Source of the DNA: Eledone cirrhosa
Lineage: Eukaryota
Direction: 5' to 3'
DNA length: 64,000 bases
Assembly (NCBI GenBank): GCA_964016885.1
Contig: OZ024742.1
Span: 160,208,001-160,272,000, forward strand
Part shown: piece after piece, positions 11,101-26,100 of the stretch
How positions within the stretch are numbered: position 1 is the stretch's first letter
How the letters are laid out: each line of letters opens with the position of its first letter
Program-made: the position numbers and the translations under genes
Notes under the pieces: model-generated
Told to the model about the DNA's origin: nothing
Database searches by the model: none
Seen by the model: only the letters and a program-made list of their open reading frames with translations

Positions 11101-14100
11101 CTACCTGCAGTATTTTTCTCTATATTTTAATACATATATTTACCACTGCGATTCTGAGCTTTTTTCTCTCTCTCTTACTGTTCCCCCATTCTCTCTGTTT
11201 CTCCCCCTCTGTCATGTCCGTTAACTCTTCCTCACACTTTCACTCACTCACTGTTTTTCTCTCTCTTCTCTTCATTTCATCCTGCACACCACGAACGCTA
11301 TTTTTCTCTCTCTGCTCATAGCCTTCGCTCGTGTAGGATCTATTCTCTAAGCGCTCATATATTAACCTAGCTTATGCTAAACAGAATAATTTCTGAAGCT
11401 TGTTTCTTTCCGCCGGTTAGCTTTACTCTGTTGTTCTCCTGTCTCACTCGCTTTACGCGTTTTAATTGTCCTAATAACTTATTTTGGTTATTATTGCACC
11501 GACGTGAGATATATGATTTTTAATGCAATGAAATATCTATGATCTTCGGCAAATCACTGACGAGGGACTTATTTTATTACATGTTATCCATGTGCTACCT
11601 GCAGTATTTTTCTCTATAATTTAATACATATATTTACCACTGCGATTCTGTGTTTTTTCTCTCTCTCTTACTGTTCCCCCATTCTCTCTGTTTCTCCCCC
11701 TCTGTCATGTCCGTTAACTCTTCCTCACACTTTCACTCACTCACTGTTTTTCTCTCTCTTCTCTTCATTTCATCCTGCACACCACGAACGCTATTTTTCT
11801 CTCTCTGCTCATAGCCTTCGCTCGTGTAGGATCTATTCTCTAATGCGCTTATATATTCACCTAGCTTATGCTAAACAGAATAATTTCTGAAGCTTGTTTC
11901 TTTCCGCCGGTTAGCTTTACTCTGTTGTTCTCCTGTCTCACTCGCTTTACGCGTTTTAATTGTCCTAATAACTTATTTTGGTTATTATTGCACCGACGTG
12001 AGATATATGATTTTTAATGCAATGAAATATCTATGATCTTCGGCAAATCACTGACGAGGGACTTATTTTATTACATGTTATCCATGTGCTACCTGCAGTA
12101 TTTTTCTCTATAATTTAATACATATATTTACCACTGCGATTCTGTGTTTTTTCTCTCTCTCTTACTGTTCCCCCATTCTCTCTGTTTCTCCCCCTCTGTC
12201 ATGTCCGTTAACTCTTCCTCACACTTTCACTCACTCACTGTTTTTCTCTCTCTTCTCTTCATTTCATCCTGCACACCACGAACGCTATTTTTCTCTCTCT
12301 GCTCATAGCCTTCGCTCGTGTAGGATCTATTCTCTAAGCGCTCATATATTCACCTAGCTTATGCTAAACAGAATAATTTTTGAAGCTTGTTTCTTTCCGC
12401 CGGTTAGCTTTACTCTGTTGTTCTCCTGTCTCACTCGCTTTACGCGTTTTAATTGTCCTAATAACTTATTTTGGTTATTATTGCACCGACGTGAGATATA
12501 TGATTTTTAATGCAATGAAATATCTATGATCTTCGGCAAATCACTGACGAGGGACTTATTTTATTACATGTTATCCATGTGCTACCTGCAGTATTTTTCT
12601 CTATATTTTAATACATATATTTACCACTGCGATTCTGTGTTTTTTTCTCTCTCTCTTACTGTTCCCCCATTCTCTCTGTTTCTCCCTCTCTGTCATGTCC
12701 GTTAACTCTTCCTCTCACTTTCACTCACTCACTGTTTTTCTCTCTCTTCTCTTCATTTCATCCTGCACACCACGAACGCTATTTTTCTCTCTCTCTGCTC
12801 ATAGCCTTCGCTCGTGTAGGATCTATTCTCTAAGCGCTCATATATTCACCTAGCTTATGCTAAACAGAATAATTTTTGAAGCTTGTTTCTTTCCCCCGGT
12901 TTGCTTTACTCTGTTGTTCTCCTGTCTCACTCGCTTTACGCGTTTTAATTGTCCTAATAACTTATTTTGGTTATTATTGCACCGACGTGAGATATATGAT
13001 TTTTAATGCAATGAAATATCTATGATCTTCGGCAAATCACTGATGAGGGACTTATTTTATTACATGTTATCCATGTGCTACCTGCAGTATTTTTCTCTAT
13101 ATTTTAATACATATATTTACCACTGCGATTCTGTGTTTTTTTTCTCTCTCTCTTACTGTTCCCTCATTCTCTCTGTTTCTCCCCCTCTGTCATGTCCGTT
13201 AACTCTTCCTCACACTTTCACTCACTCACTGTTTTTCTCTCTCTTCTCTTCATTTCATCCTGCACACCACGAACGCTATTTTTCTCTCTCTGCTCATAGC
13301 CTTCGCTCGTGTAGGATCTATTCTCTAAGCGCTCATATATTCACCTAGCTTATGCTAAACAATAATTTTTGAAGCTTGTTTCTTTCCCCCGGTTAGCTTT
13401 ACTCTGTTGTTCTCCTGTCTCACTCGCTTTACGCGTTTTAATTGTCCTAATAACTTATTTTGGTTATTATTGCACCGACGTGAGATATATGATTTTTAAT
13501 GCAATGAAATATCTATGATCTTCGGCAAATCACTGATGAGGGACTTATTTTATTACATGTTATCCATGTGCTACCTGCAGTATTTTTCTCTATATTTTAA
13601 TACATATATTTACCACTGCGATTCTGTGTTTTTTTTCTCTCTCTCTTACTGTTCCCCCATTCTCTCTGTTTCTCCCCCTCTGTCATGTCCGTTAACTCTT
13701 CGTCACACTTTCACTCACTCACTGTTTTTCTCTCTCTTCTCTTCATTTCATCCTGCACACCACGAACGCTATTTTTCTCTCTCTGCTCATAGCCTTCGCT
13801 CGTGTAGGATCTATTCTCTAAGCGCTCATATATTCACCTAGCTTATGCTAAACAGAATAATTTTTGAAGCTTGTTTCTTTCCCCCGGTTAGCTTTACTCT
13901 GTTGTTCTCCTGTCTCACTCGCTTTACGCGTTTTAATTGTCCTAATAACTTATTTTGGTTATTATTGCACCGACGTGAGATATATGATTTTTAATGCAAT
14001 GAAATATCTATGATCTTCGGCAAATCACTGATGAGGGACTTATTTTATTACATGTTATCCATGTGCTACCTGCAGTATTTTTCTCTATATTTTAATACAT

Positions 14101-17100
14101 ATATTTACCACTGCGATTCTGTGTTTTTTTCTCTCTCTCTTACTGTTCCCCCATTCTCTCTGTTTCTCCCTCTCTGTCATGTCCGTTAACTCTTCCTCAC
14201 ACTTTCACTCACTCACTGTTTTTCTCTCTCTTCTCTTCATTTCGTCCTGCACACCACGAACGCTATTTTTCTCTCTCTCTGCTCATAGCCTTCGCTCGTG
14301 TAGGATCTATTCTCTAAGCGCTCATATATTCACCTAGCTTATGCTAAACAGAATAATTTTTGAAGCTTGTTTCTTTCCCCCGGTTAGCTTTACTCTGTTG
14401 TTCTCCTGTCTCACTCGCTTTACGTGTCTTAATTGTCCTAATAACTCATTTTGGTTATTATTGCACCGACGTGAGATATATGATTTTTAATGCAATGAAA
14501 TATCTATGATCTTCGGCAAATCACTGATGAGGGACTTATTTTATTACATGTTATCCATGTGCTACCTGCAGTATTTTTCTCTATATTTTAATACATATAT
14601 TTACCACTGCGATTCTGTGTTTTTTTCTCTCTCTCTTACTGTTCCCCCATTCTCTCTGTTTCTCCCCCTCTGTCATGTCCGTTAACTCTTCCTCACACTT
14701 TCACTCACTCACTGTTTTTCTCTCTCTTCTCTTCATTTCATCCTGCACACCACGAACGCTATTTTTCTCTCTCTGCTCATAGCCTTCGCTCGTGTAGGAT
14801 CTATTCTCTAAGCGCTCATATATTCACCTAGCTTATGCTAAACAGAATAATTTTTGAAGCTTGTTTCTTTCCCCCGGTTAGCTTTACTCTGTTGTTCTCC
14901 TGTCTCACTCGCTTTACGCGTTTTAATTGTCCTAATAACTTATTTTGGTTATTATTGCACCGACGTGAGATATATGATTTTTAATGCAATGAAATATCTA
15001 TGATCTTCGGCAAATCACTGATGAGGGACTTATTTTATTACATGTTATCCATGTGCTACCTGCAGTATTTTTCTCTATATTTTAATACATATATTTACCA
15101 CTGCGATTCTGTGTTTTTTTCTCTCTCTCTTACTGTTCCCCCATTCTCTCTGTTTCTCCCCCTCTGTCATGTCCGTTAACTCTTCCTCACACTTTCACTC
15201 ACTCACTGTTTTTCTCTCTCTTCTCTTCATTTCATCCTGCACACCACGAACGCTATTTTTCTCTCTCTGCTCATAGCCTTCGCTCGTGTAGGATCTATTC
15301 TCTAAGCGCTCATATATTCACCTAGCTTATGCTAAACAGAATAATTTTTGAAGCTTGTTTCTTTCCCCCGGTTAGCTTTACTCTGTTGTTCTCCTGTCTC
15401 ACTCGCTTTACGCGTTTTAATTGTCCTAATAACTTATTTTGGTTATTATTGGACCGACGTGAGATATATGATTTTTAATGCAATGAAATATCTATGATCT
15501 TCGGCAAATCACTGATGAGGGACTTATTTTATTACATGTTATCCATGTGCTACCTGCAGTATTTTTCTCTATATTTTAATACATATATTTACCACTGCGA
15601 TTCTGTGTTTTTTTTCTCTCTCTCTTACTGTTCCCCCATTCTCTCTGTTTCTCCCCCTCTGTCATGTCCGTTAACTCTTCCTCACACTTTCACTCACTCA
15701 CTGTTTTTCTCTCTCTTCTCTTCATTTCATCCTGCACACCACGAACGCTATTTTTCTCTCTCTGCTCATAGCCTTCGCTCGTGTAGGATCTATTCTCTAA
15801 GCGCTCATATATTCACCTAGCTTATGCTAAACAGAATAATTTTTGAAGCTTGTTTCTTTCCCCCGGTTAGCTTTACTCTGTTGTTCTCCTGTCTCACTCG
15901 CTTTACGCGTTTTAATTGTCCTAATAACTTATTTTGGTTATTATTGCACCGACGTGAGATATATGATTTTTAATGCAATGAAATATCTATGATCTTCGGC
16001 AAATCACTGATGAGGGACTTATTTTATTACATGTTATCCATGTCCTACCTGCAGTATTTTTCTCTATATTTTAATACATATATTTACCACTGCGATTCTG
16101 TGTTTTTTTTCTCTCTCTCTTACTGTTCCCCCATTCTCTCTGTTTCTCCCCCTCTGTCATGTCCGTTAACTCTTCCTCACACTTTCACTCACTCACTGTT
16201 TTTCTCTCTCTTCTCTTCATTTCATCCTGCACACCACGAACGCTATTTTTCTCTCTCTGCTCATAGCCTTCGCTCGTGTAGGATCTATTCTCTAAGCGCT
16301 CATATATTCACCTAGCTTATGCTAAACAGAATAATTTTTGAAGCTTGTTTCTTTCCCCCGGTTAGCTTTACTCTGTTGTTCTCCTGTCTCACTCGCTTTA
16401 CGCGTTTTAATTGTCCTAATAACTTATTTTGGTTATTATTGCACCGACGTGAGATATATGATTTTTAATGCAATGAAATATCTATGATCTTCGGCAAATC
16501 ACTGATGAGGGACTTATTTTATTACATGTTATCCATGTGCTACCTGCAGTATTTTTCTCTATATTTTAATACATATATTTACCACTGCGATTCTGTGTTT
16601 TTTTTTCTCTCTCTCTTACTGTTCCCCCATTCTCTCTGTTTCTCCCCCTCTGTCATGTCCGTTAACTCTTCCTCACACTTTCACTCACTCACTGTTTTTC
16701 TCTCTCTTCTCTTCATTTCGTCCTGCACACCACGAACGCTATTTTTCTCTCTCTCTGCTCATAGCCTTCGCTCGTGTAGGATCTATTCTCTAAGCGCTCA
16801 TATATTCACCTAGCTTATGCTAAACAGAATAATTTTTGAAGCTTGTTTCTTTCCCCCGGTTAGCTTTACTCTGTTGTTCTCCTGTCTCACTCGCTTTACG
16901 TGTCTTAATTGTCCTAATAACTCATTTTGGTTATTATTGCACCGACGTGAGATATATGATTTTTAATGCAATGAAATATCTATGATCTTCGGCAAATCAC
17001 TGATGAGGGACTTATTTTATTACATGTTATCCATGTGCTACCTGCAGTATTTTTCTCTATATTTTAATACATATATTTACCACTGCGATTCTGTGTTTTT

Positions 17101-20100
17101 TTCTCTCTCTCTTACTGTTCCCCCATTCTCTCTGTTTCTCCCCCTCTGTCATGTCCGTTAACTCTTCCTCACACTTTCACTCACTCACTGTTTTTCTCTC
17201 TCTTCTCTTCATTTCATCCTGCACACCACGAACGCTATTTTTCTCTCTCTGCTCATAGCCTTCGCTCGTGTAGGATCTATTCTCTAAGCGCTCATATATT
17301 CACCTAGCTTATGCTAAACAGAATAATTTTTGAAGCTTGTTTCTTTCCCCCGGTTAGCTTTACTCTGTTGTTCTCCTGTCTCACTCGCTTTACGCGTTTT
17401 AATTGTCCTAATAACTTATTTTGGTTATTATTGCACCGACGTGAGATATATGATTTTTAATGCAATGAAATATCTATGATCTTCGGCAAATCACTGATGA
17501 GGGACTTATTTTATTACATGTTATCCATGTGCTACCTGCAGTATTTTTCTCTATATTTTAATACATATATTTACCACTGCGATTCTGTGTTTTTTTCTCT
17601 CTCTCTTACTGTTCCCCCATTCTCTCTGTTTCTCCCCCTCTGTCATGTCCGTTAACTCTTCCTCACACTTTCACTCACTCACTGTTTTTCTCTCTCTTCT
17701 CTTCATTTCATCCTGCACACCACGAACGCTATTTTTCTCTCTCTGCTCATAGCCTTCGCTCGTGTAGGATCTATTCTCTAAGCGCTCATATATTCACCTA
17801 GCTTATGCTAAACAGAATAATTTTTGAAGCTTGTTTCTTTCCCCCGGTTAGCTTTACTCTGTTGTTCTCCTGTCTCACTCGCTTTACGCGTTTTAATTGT
17901 CCTAATAACTTATTTTGGTTATTATTGGACCGACGTGAGATATATGATTTTTAATGCAATGAAATATCTATGATCTTCGGCAAATCACTGATGAGGGACT
18001 TATTTTATTACATGTTATCCATGTGCTACCTGCAGTATTTTTCTCTATATTTTAATACATATATTTACCACTGCGATTCTGTGTTTTTTTTCTCTCTCTC
18101 TTACTGTTCCCCCATTCTCTCTGTTTCTCCCCCTCTGTCATGTCCGTTAACTCTTCCTCACACTTTCACTCACTCACTGTTTTTCTCTCTCTTCTCTTCA
18201 TTTCATCCTGCACACCACGAACGCTATTTTTCTCTCTCTGCTCATAGCCTTCGCTCGTGTAGGATCTATTCTCTAAGCGCTCATATATTCACCTAGCTTA
18301 TGCTAAACAGAATAATTTTTGAAGCTTGTTTCTTTCCCCCGGTTAGCTTTACTCTGTTGTTCTCCTGTCTCACTCGCTTTACGCGTTTTAATTGTCCTAA
18401 TAACTTATTTTGGTTATTATTGCACCGACGTGAGATATATGATTTTTAATGCAATGAAATATCTATGATCTTCGGCAAATCACTGATGAGGGACTTATTT
18501 TATTACATGTTATCCATGTCCTACCTGCAGTATTTTTCTCTATATTTTAATACATATATTTACCACTGCGATTCTGTGTTTTTTTTCTCTCTCTCTTACT
18601 GTTCCCCCATTCTCTCTGTTTCTCCCCCTCTGTCATGTCCGTTAACTCTTCCTCACACTTTCACTCACTCACTGTTTTTCTCTCTCTTCTCTTCATTTCA
18701 TCCTGCACACCACGAACGCTATTTTTCTCTCTCTGCTCATAGCCTTCGCTCGTGTAGGATCTATTCTCTAAGCGCTCATATATTCACCTAGCTTATGCTA
18801 AACAGAATAATTTTTGAAGCTTGTTTCTTTCCCCCGGTTAGCTTTACTCTGTTGTTCTCCTGTCTCACTCGCTTTACGCGTTTTAATTGTCCTAATAACT
18901 TATTTTGGTTATTATTGCACCGACGTGAGATATATGATTTTTAATGCAATGAAATATCTATGATCTTCGGCAAATCACTGATGAGGGACTTATTTTATTA
19001 CATGTTATCCATGTGCTACCTGCAGTATTTTTCTCTATATTTTAATACATATATTTACCACTGCGATTCTGTGTTTTTTTTTCTCTCTCTCTTACTGTTC
19101 CCCCATTCTCTCTGTTTCTCCCCCTCTGTCATGTCCGTTAACTCTTCCTCACACTTTCACTCACTCACTGTTTTTCTCTCTCTTCTCTTCATTTCATCCT
19201 GCACACCACGAACGCTATTTTTCTCTCTCTGCTCATAGCCTTCGCTCGTGTAGGATCTATTCTCTAAGCGCTCATATATTCACCTAGCTTATGCTAAACA
19301 GAATAATTTTTGAAGCTTGTTTCTTTCCCCCGGTTAGCTTTACTCTGTTGTTCTCCTGTCTCACTCGCTTTACGCGTTTTAATTGTCCTAATAACTTATT
19401 TTGGTTATTATTGCACCGACGTGAGATATATGATTTTTAATGCAATGAAATATCTATGATCTTCGGCAAATCACTGATGAGGGACTTATTTTATTACATG
19501 TTATCCATGTGCTACCTGCAGTATTTTTCTCTATATTTTAATACATATATTTACCACTGCGATTCTGTGTTTTTTTCTCTCTCTCTTACTGTTCCCCCAT
19601 TCTCTCTGTTTCTCCCCCTCTGTCATGTCCGTTAACTCTTCCTCACACTTTCACTCACTCACTGTTTTTCTCTCTCTTCTCTTCATTTCGTCCTGCACAC
19701 CACGAACGCTATTTTTCTCTCTGTCTGCTCATAGCCTTCGCTCGTGTAGGATCTATTCTCTAAGCGCTCATATATTCACCTAGCTTATGCTAAACAGAAT
19801 AATTTTTGAAGCTTGTTTCTTTCCCCCGGTTAGCTTTACTCTGTTGTTCTCCTGTCTCACTCGCTTTACGCGTTTTAATTGTCCTAATAACTTATTTTGG
19901 TTATTATTGCACCGACGTGAGATATATGATTTTTAATGCAATGAAATATCTATGATCTTCGGCAAATCACTGATGAGGGACTTATTTTATTACATGTTAT
20001 CCATGTGCTACCTGCAGTATTTTTCTCTATATTTTAATACATATATTTACCACTGCGATTCTGTGTTTTTTTTCTCTCTCTCTTACTGTTCCCCCATTCT

Positions 20101-23100
20101 CTCTGTTTCTCCCCCTCTGTCATGTCCGTTAACTCTTCCTCACACTTTCACTCACTCACTGTTTTTCTCTCTCTTCTCTTCATTTCATCCTGCACACCAC
20201 GAACGCTATTTTTCTCTCTCTGCTCATAGCCTTCGCTCGTGTAGGATCTATTCTCTAAGCGCTCATATATTCACCTAGCTTATGCTAAACAGAATAATTT
20301 TTGAAGCTTGTTTCTTTCCCCCGGTTAGCTTTACTCTGTTGTTCTCCTGTCTCACTCGCTTTACGCGTTTTAATTGTCCTAATAACTTATTTTGGTTATT
20401 ATTGCACCGACGTGAGATATATGATTTTTAATGCAATGAAATATCTATGATCTTCGGCAAATCACTGATGAGGGACTTATTTTATTACATGTTATCCATG
20501 TCCTACCTGCAGTATTTTTCTCTATATTTTAATACATATATTTACCACTGCGATTCTGTGTTTTTTTTCTCTCTCTCTTACTGTTCCCCCATTCTCTCTG
20601 TTTCTCCCCCTCTGTCATGTCCGTTAACTCTTCCTCACACTTTCACTCACTCACTGTTTTTCTCTCTCTTCTCTTCATTTCATCCTGCACACCACGAACG
20701 CTATTTTTCTCTCTCTGCTCATAGACTTCGCTCGTGTAGGATCTATTCTCTAAGCGCTCATATATTCACCTAGCTTATGCTAAACAGAATAATTTTTGTA
20801 GCTTGTTTCTTTCCCCCGGTTAGCTTTACTCTGTTGTTCTCCTGTCTCACTCGCTTTACGCGTTTTAATTGTCCTAATAACTTATTTTGGTTATTATTGC
20901 ACCGACGTGAGATATATGATTTTTAATGCAATGAAATATCTATGATCTTCGGCAAATCACTGATGAGGGACTTATTTTATTACATGTTATCCATGTGCTA
21001 CCTGCAGTATTTTTCTCTATAATTTAATACATATATTTACCACTGCGATTCTGTGTTTTTTCTCTCTCTCTTACTGTTCCCCCATTCTCTCTGTTTCTCC
21101 CCCTCTGTCATGTCCGTTAACTCTTCCTCACACTTTCACTCACTCACTGTTTTTCTCTCTCTTCTCTTCATTTCATCCTGCACGCCACGAACGCTATTTT
21201 TCTCTCTCTGCTCATAGCCTTCGCTCGTGTAGGATCTATTCTCTAAGCGCTCATATATTCACCTAGCTTATGCTAAACAGAATAATTTTTGAAGCTTGTT
21301 TCTTTCCCCCGGTTAGCTTTACTCTGTTGTTCTCCTGTCTCACTCGCTTTACGCGTTTTAATTGTCCTAATAACTTATTTTGGTTATTATTGCACCGACG
21401 TGAGATATATGATTTTTAATGCAATGAAATATCTATGATCTTCGGCAAATCACTGATGAGGGACTTATTTTATTACATGTTATCCATGTGCTACCTGCAG
21501 TATTTTTCTCTATATTTTAATACATATATTTACCACTGCGATTCTGTGTTTTTTTTCTCTCTCTCTTACTGTTCCCCCATTCTCTCTGTTTCTCCCCCTC
21601 TGTCATGTCCGTTAACTCTTCCTCACACTTTCACTCACTCACTGTTTTTCTCTCTCTTCTCTTCATTTCATCCTGCACACCACGAACGCTATTTTTCTCT
21701 CTCTGCTCATAGCCTTCGCTCGTGTAGGATCTATTCTCTAAGCGCTCATATATTCACCTAGCTTATGCTAAACACAATAATTTTTGAAGCTTGTTTCTTT
21801 CCCCCGGTTAGCTTTACTCTGTTGTTCTCCTGTCTCACTCGCTTTACGCGTTTTAATTGTCCTAATAACTTATTTTGGTTATTATTGCACCGACGTGAGA
21901 TATATGATTTTTAATGCAATGAAATATCTATGATCTTCGGCAAATCACTGATGAGGGACTTATTTTATTACATGTTATCCATGTGCTACCTGCAGTATTT
22001 TTCTCTATATTATAATACATATATTTACCACTGCGATTCTGTGTTTTTTTTCTCTCTCTCTTACTGTTCCCCCATTCTCTCTGTTTCTCCCCCTCTGTCA
22101 TGTCCGTTAACTCTTCCTCACACTTTCACTCACTCACTGTTTTACTCTCTCTTCTCTTCATTTCATCCTGCACACCACGAACGCTATTTTTCTCTCTCTG
22201 CTCATAGCCTTCGCTCGTGTAGGATCTATTCTCTAAGCGCTCATATATTCACCTAGCTTATGCTAAACAGAATAATTTTTGAAGCTTGTTTCTTTCCCCC
22301 GGTTAGCTTTACTCTGTTGTTCTCCTGTCTCACTCGCTTTACGCGTTTTAATTGTCCTAATAACTTATTTTGGTTATTATTGCACCGACGTGAGATATAT
22401 GATTTTTAATGCAATGAAATATCTATGATCTTCGGCAAATCACTGATGAGGGACTTATTTTATTACATGTTATCCATGTCCTACCTGCAGTATTTTTCTC
22501 TATATTTTAATACATATATTTACCACTGCGATTCTGTGTTTTTTTTCTCTCTCTCTTACTGTTCCCCCATTCTCTCTGTTTCTCCCCCTCTGTCATGTCC
22601 GTTAACTCTTCCTCACACTTTCACTCACTCACTGTTTTTCTCTCTCTTCTCTTCATTTCATCCTGCACACCACGAACGCTATTTTTCTCTCTCTGCTCAT
22701 AGCCTTCGCTCGTGTAGGATCTATTCTCTAAGCGCTCATATATTCACCTAGCTTATGCTAAACAGAATAATTTTTGAAGCTTGTTTCTTTCCCCCGGTTA
22801 GCTTTACTCTGTTGTTCTCCTGTCTCACTCGCTTTACGCGTTTTAATTGTCCTAATAACTTATTTTGGTTATTATTGCACCGACGTGAGATATATGATTT
22901 TTAATGCAATGAAATATCTATGATCTTCGGCAAATCACTGATGAGGGACTTATTTTATTACATGTTATCCATGTCCTACCTGCAGTATTTTTCTCTATAT
23001 TTTAATACATATATTTACCACTGCGATTCTGTGTTTTTTTTCTCTCTCTCTTACTGTTCCCCCATTCTCTCTGTTTCTCCCCCTCTGTCATGTCCGTTAA

Positions 23101-26100
23101 CTCTTCCTCACACTTTCACTCACTCACTGTTTTTCTCTCTCTTCTCTTCATTTCATCCTGCACACCACGAACGCTATTTTTCTCTCTCTGCTCATAGACT
23201 TCGCTCGTGTAGGATCTATTCTCTAAGCGCTCATATATTCACCTAGCTTATGCTAAACAGAATAATTTTTGAAGCTTGTTTCTTTCCCCCGGTTAGCTTT
23301 ACTCTGTTGTTCTCCTGTCTCACTCGCTTTACGCGTTTTAATTGTCCTAATAACTTATTTTGGTTATTATTGCACCGACGTGAGATATATGATTTTTAAT
23401 GCAGTGAAATATCTATGATCTTCGGCAAATCACTGATGAGGGACTTATTTTATTACATGTTATCCATGTGCTACCTGCAGTATTTTTCTCTATATTTTAA
23501 TACATATATTTACCACTGCGATTCTGTGTTTTTTTTCTCTCTCTCTTACTGTTCCCCCATTCTCTCTGTTTCTCCCCCTCTGTCATGTCCGTTAACTCTT
23601 CCTCACACTTTCACTCACTCACTGTTTTTCTCTCTCTTCTCTTCATTTCATCCTGCACACCACGAACGCTATTTTTCTCTCTCTGCTCATAGCCTTCGCT
23701 CGTGTAGGATCTATTCTCTAAGCGCTCATATATTCACCTAGCTTATGCTAAACAGAATAATTTTTGAAGCTTGTTTCTTTCCCCCGGTTAGCTTTACTCT
23801 GTTGTTCTCCTGTCTCACTCGCTTTACGCGTTTTAATTGTCCTAATAACTTATTTTGGTTATTATTGCACCGACGTGAGATATATGATTTTTAATGCAAT
23901 GAAATATTTATGATCTTCGGCAAATCACTGATGAGGGACTTATTTTATTACATGTTATCCATGTGCTACCTGCAGTATTTTTCTCTATATTTTAATACAT
24001 ATATTTACCACTGCGATTCTGTGTTTTTTTTCTCTCTCTCTTACTGTTCCCCCATTCTCTCTGTTTCTCCCCCTCTGTCATGTCCGTTAACTCTTCCTCA
24101 CACTTTCACTCACTCACTGTTTTTCTCTCTCTTCTCTTCATTTCATCCTGCACACCACGAACGCTATTTTTCTCTCTCTGCTCATAGCCTTCGCTCGTGT
24201 AGGATCTATTCTCTAAGCGCTCATATATTCACCTAGCTTATGCTAAACAGAATAATTTTTGAAGCTTGTTTCTTTCCCCCGGTTAGCTTTACTCTGTTGT
24301 TCTCCTGTCTCACTCGCTTTACGCGTTTTAATTGTCCTAATAACTTATTTTGGTTATTATTGCACCGACGTGAGATATATGATTTTTAATGCAATGAAAT
24401 ATCTATGATCTTCGGCAAATCACTGATGAGGGACTTATTTTATTACATGTTATCCATGTGCTACCTGCAGTATTTTTCTCTATATTTTAATACATATATT
24501 TACCACTGCGATTCTGTGTTTTTTTTCTCTCTCTCTTACTGTTCCCCCATTCTCTCTGTTTCTCCCCCTCTGCCATGTCCGTTAACTCTTCCTCACACTT
24601 TCACTCACTCACTGTTTTTCTCTCTCTTCTCTTCATTTCATCCTGCACACCACGAACGCTATTTTTCTCTCTCTGCTCATAGACTTCGCTCGTGTAGGAT
24701 CTATTCTCTAAGCGCTCATATATTCACCTAGCTTATGCTAAACAGAATAATTTTTGAAGCTTGTTTCTTTCCCCCGGTTAGCTTTACTCTGTTGTTCTCC
24801 TGTCTCACTCGCTTTACGCGTTTTAATTGTCCTAATAACTTATTTTGGTTATTATTGCACCGACGTGAGATATATGATTTTTAATGCAATGAAATATCTA
24901 TGATCTTCGGCAAATCACTGATGAGGGACTTATTTTATTACATGTTATCCATGTGCTACCTGCAGTATTTTTCTCTATAATTTAATACATATATTTACCA
25001 CTGCGATTCTGTGTTTTTTCTCTCTCTCTTACTGTTCCCCCATTCTCTCTGTTTCTCCCCCTCTGTCATGTCCGTTAACTCTTCCTCACACTTTCACTCA
25101 CTCACTGTTTTTCTCTCTCTTCTCTTCATTTCATCCTGCACGCCACGAACGCTATTTTTCTCTCTCTGCTCATAGCCTTCGCTCGTGTAGGATCTATTCT
25201 CTAAGCGCTCATATATTCACCTAGCTTATGCTAAACAGAATAATTTTTGAAGCTTGTTTCTTTCCCCCGGTTAGCTTTACTCTGTTGTTCTCCTGTCTCA
25301 CTCGCTTTACGCGTTTTAATTGTCCTAATAACTTATTTTGGTTATTATTGCACCGACGTGAGATATATGATTTTTAATGCAATGAAATATCTATGATCTT
25401 CGGCAAATCACTGATGAGGGACTTATTTTATTACATGTTATCCATGTGCTACCTGCAGTATTTTTCTCTATATTTTAATACATATATTTACCACTGCGAT
25501 TCTGTGTTTTTTTTCTCTCTCTCTTACTGTTCCCCCATTCTCTCTGTTTCTCCCCCTCTGTCATGTCCGTTAACTCTTCCTCACACTTTCACTCACTCAC
25601 TGTTTTTCTCTCTCTTCTCTTCATTTCATCCTGCACACCACGAACGCTATTTTTCTCTCTCTGCTCATAGCCTTCGCTCGTGTAGGATCTATTCTCTAAG
25701 CGCTCATATATTCACCTAGCTTATGCTAAACACAATAATTTTTGAAGCTTGTTTCTTTCCCCCGGTTAGCTTTACTCTGTTGTTCTCCTGTCTCACTCGC
25801 TTTACGCGTTTTAATTGTCCTAATAACTTATTTTGGTTATTATTGCACCGACGTGAGATATATGATTTTTAATGCAATGAAATATCTATGATCTTCGGCA
25901 AATCACTGATGAGGGACTTATTTTATTACATGTTATCCATGTGCTACCTGCAGTATTTTTCTCTATATTATAATACATATATTTACCACTGCGATTCTGT
26001 GTTTTTTTTCTCTCTCTCTTACTGTTCCCCCATTCTCTCTGTTTCTCCCCCTCTGTCATGTCCGTTAACTCTTCCTCACACTTTCACTCACTCACTGTTT

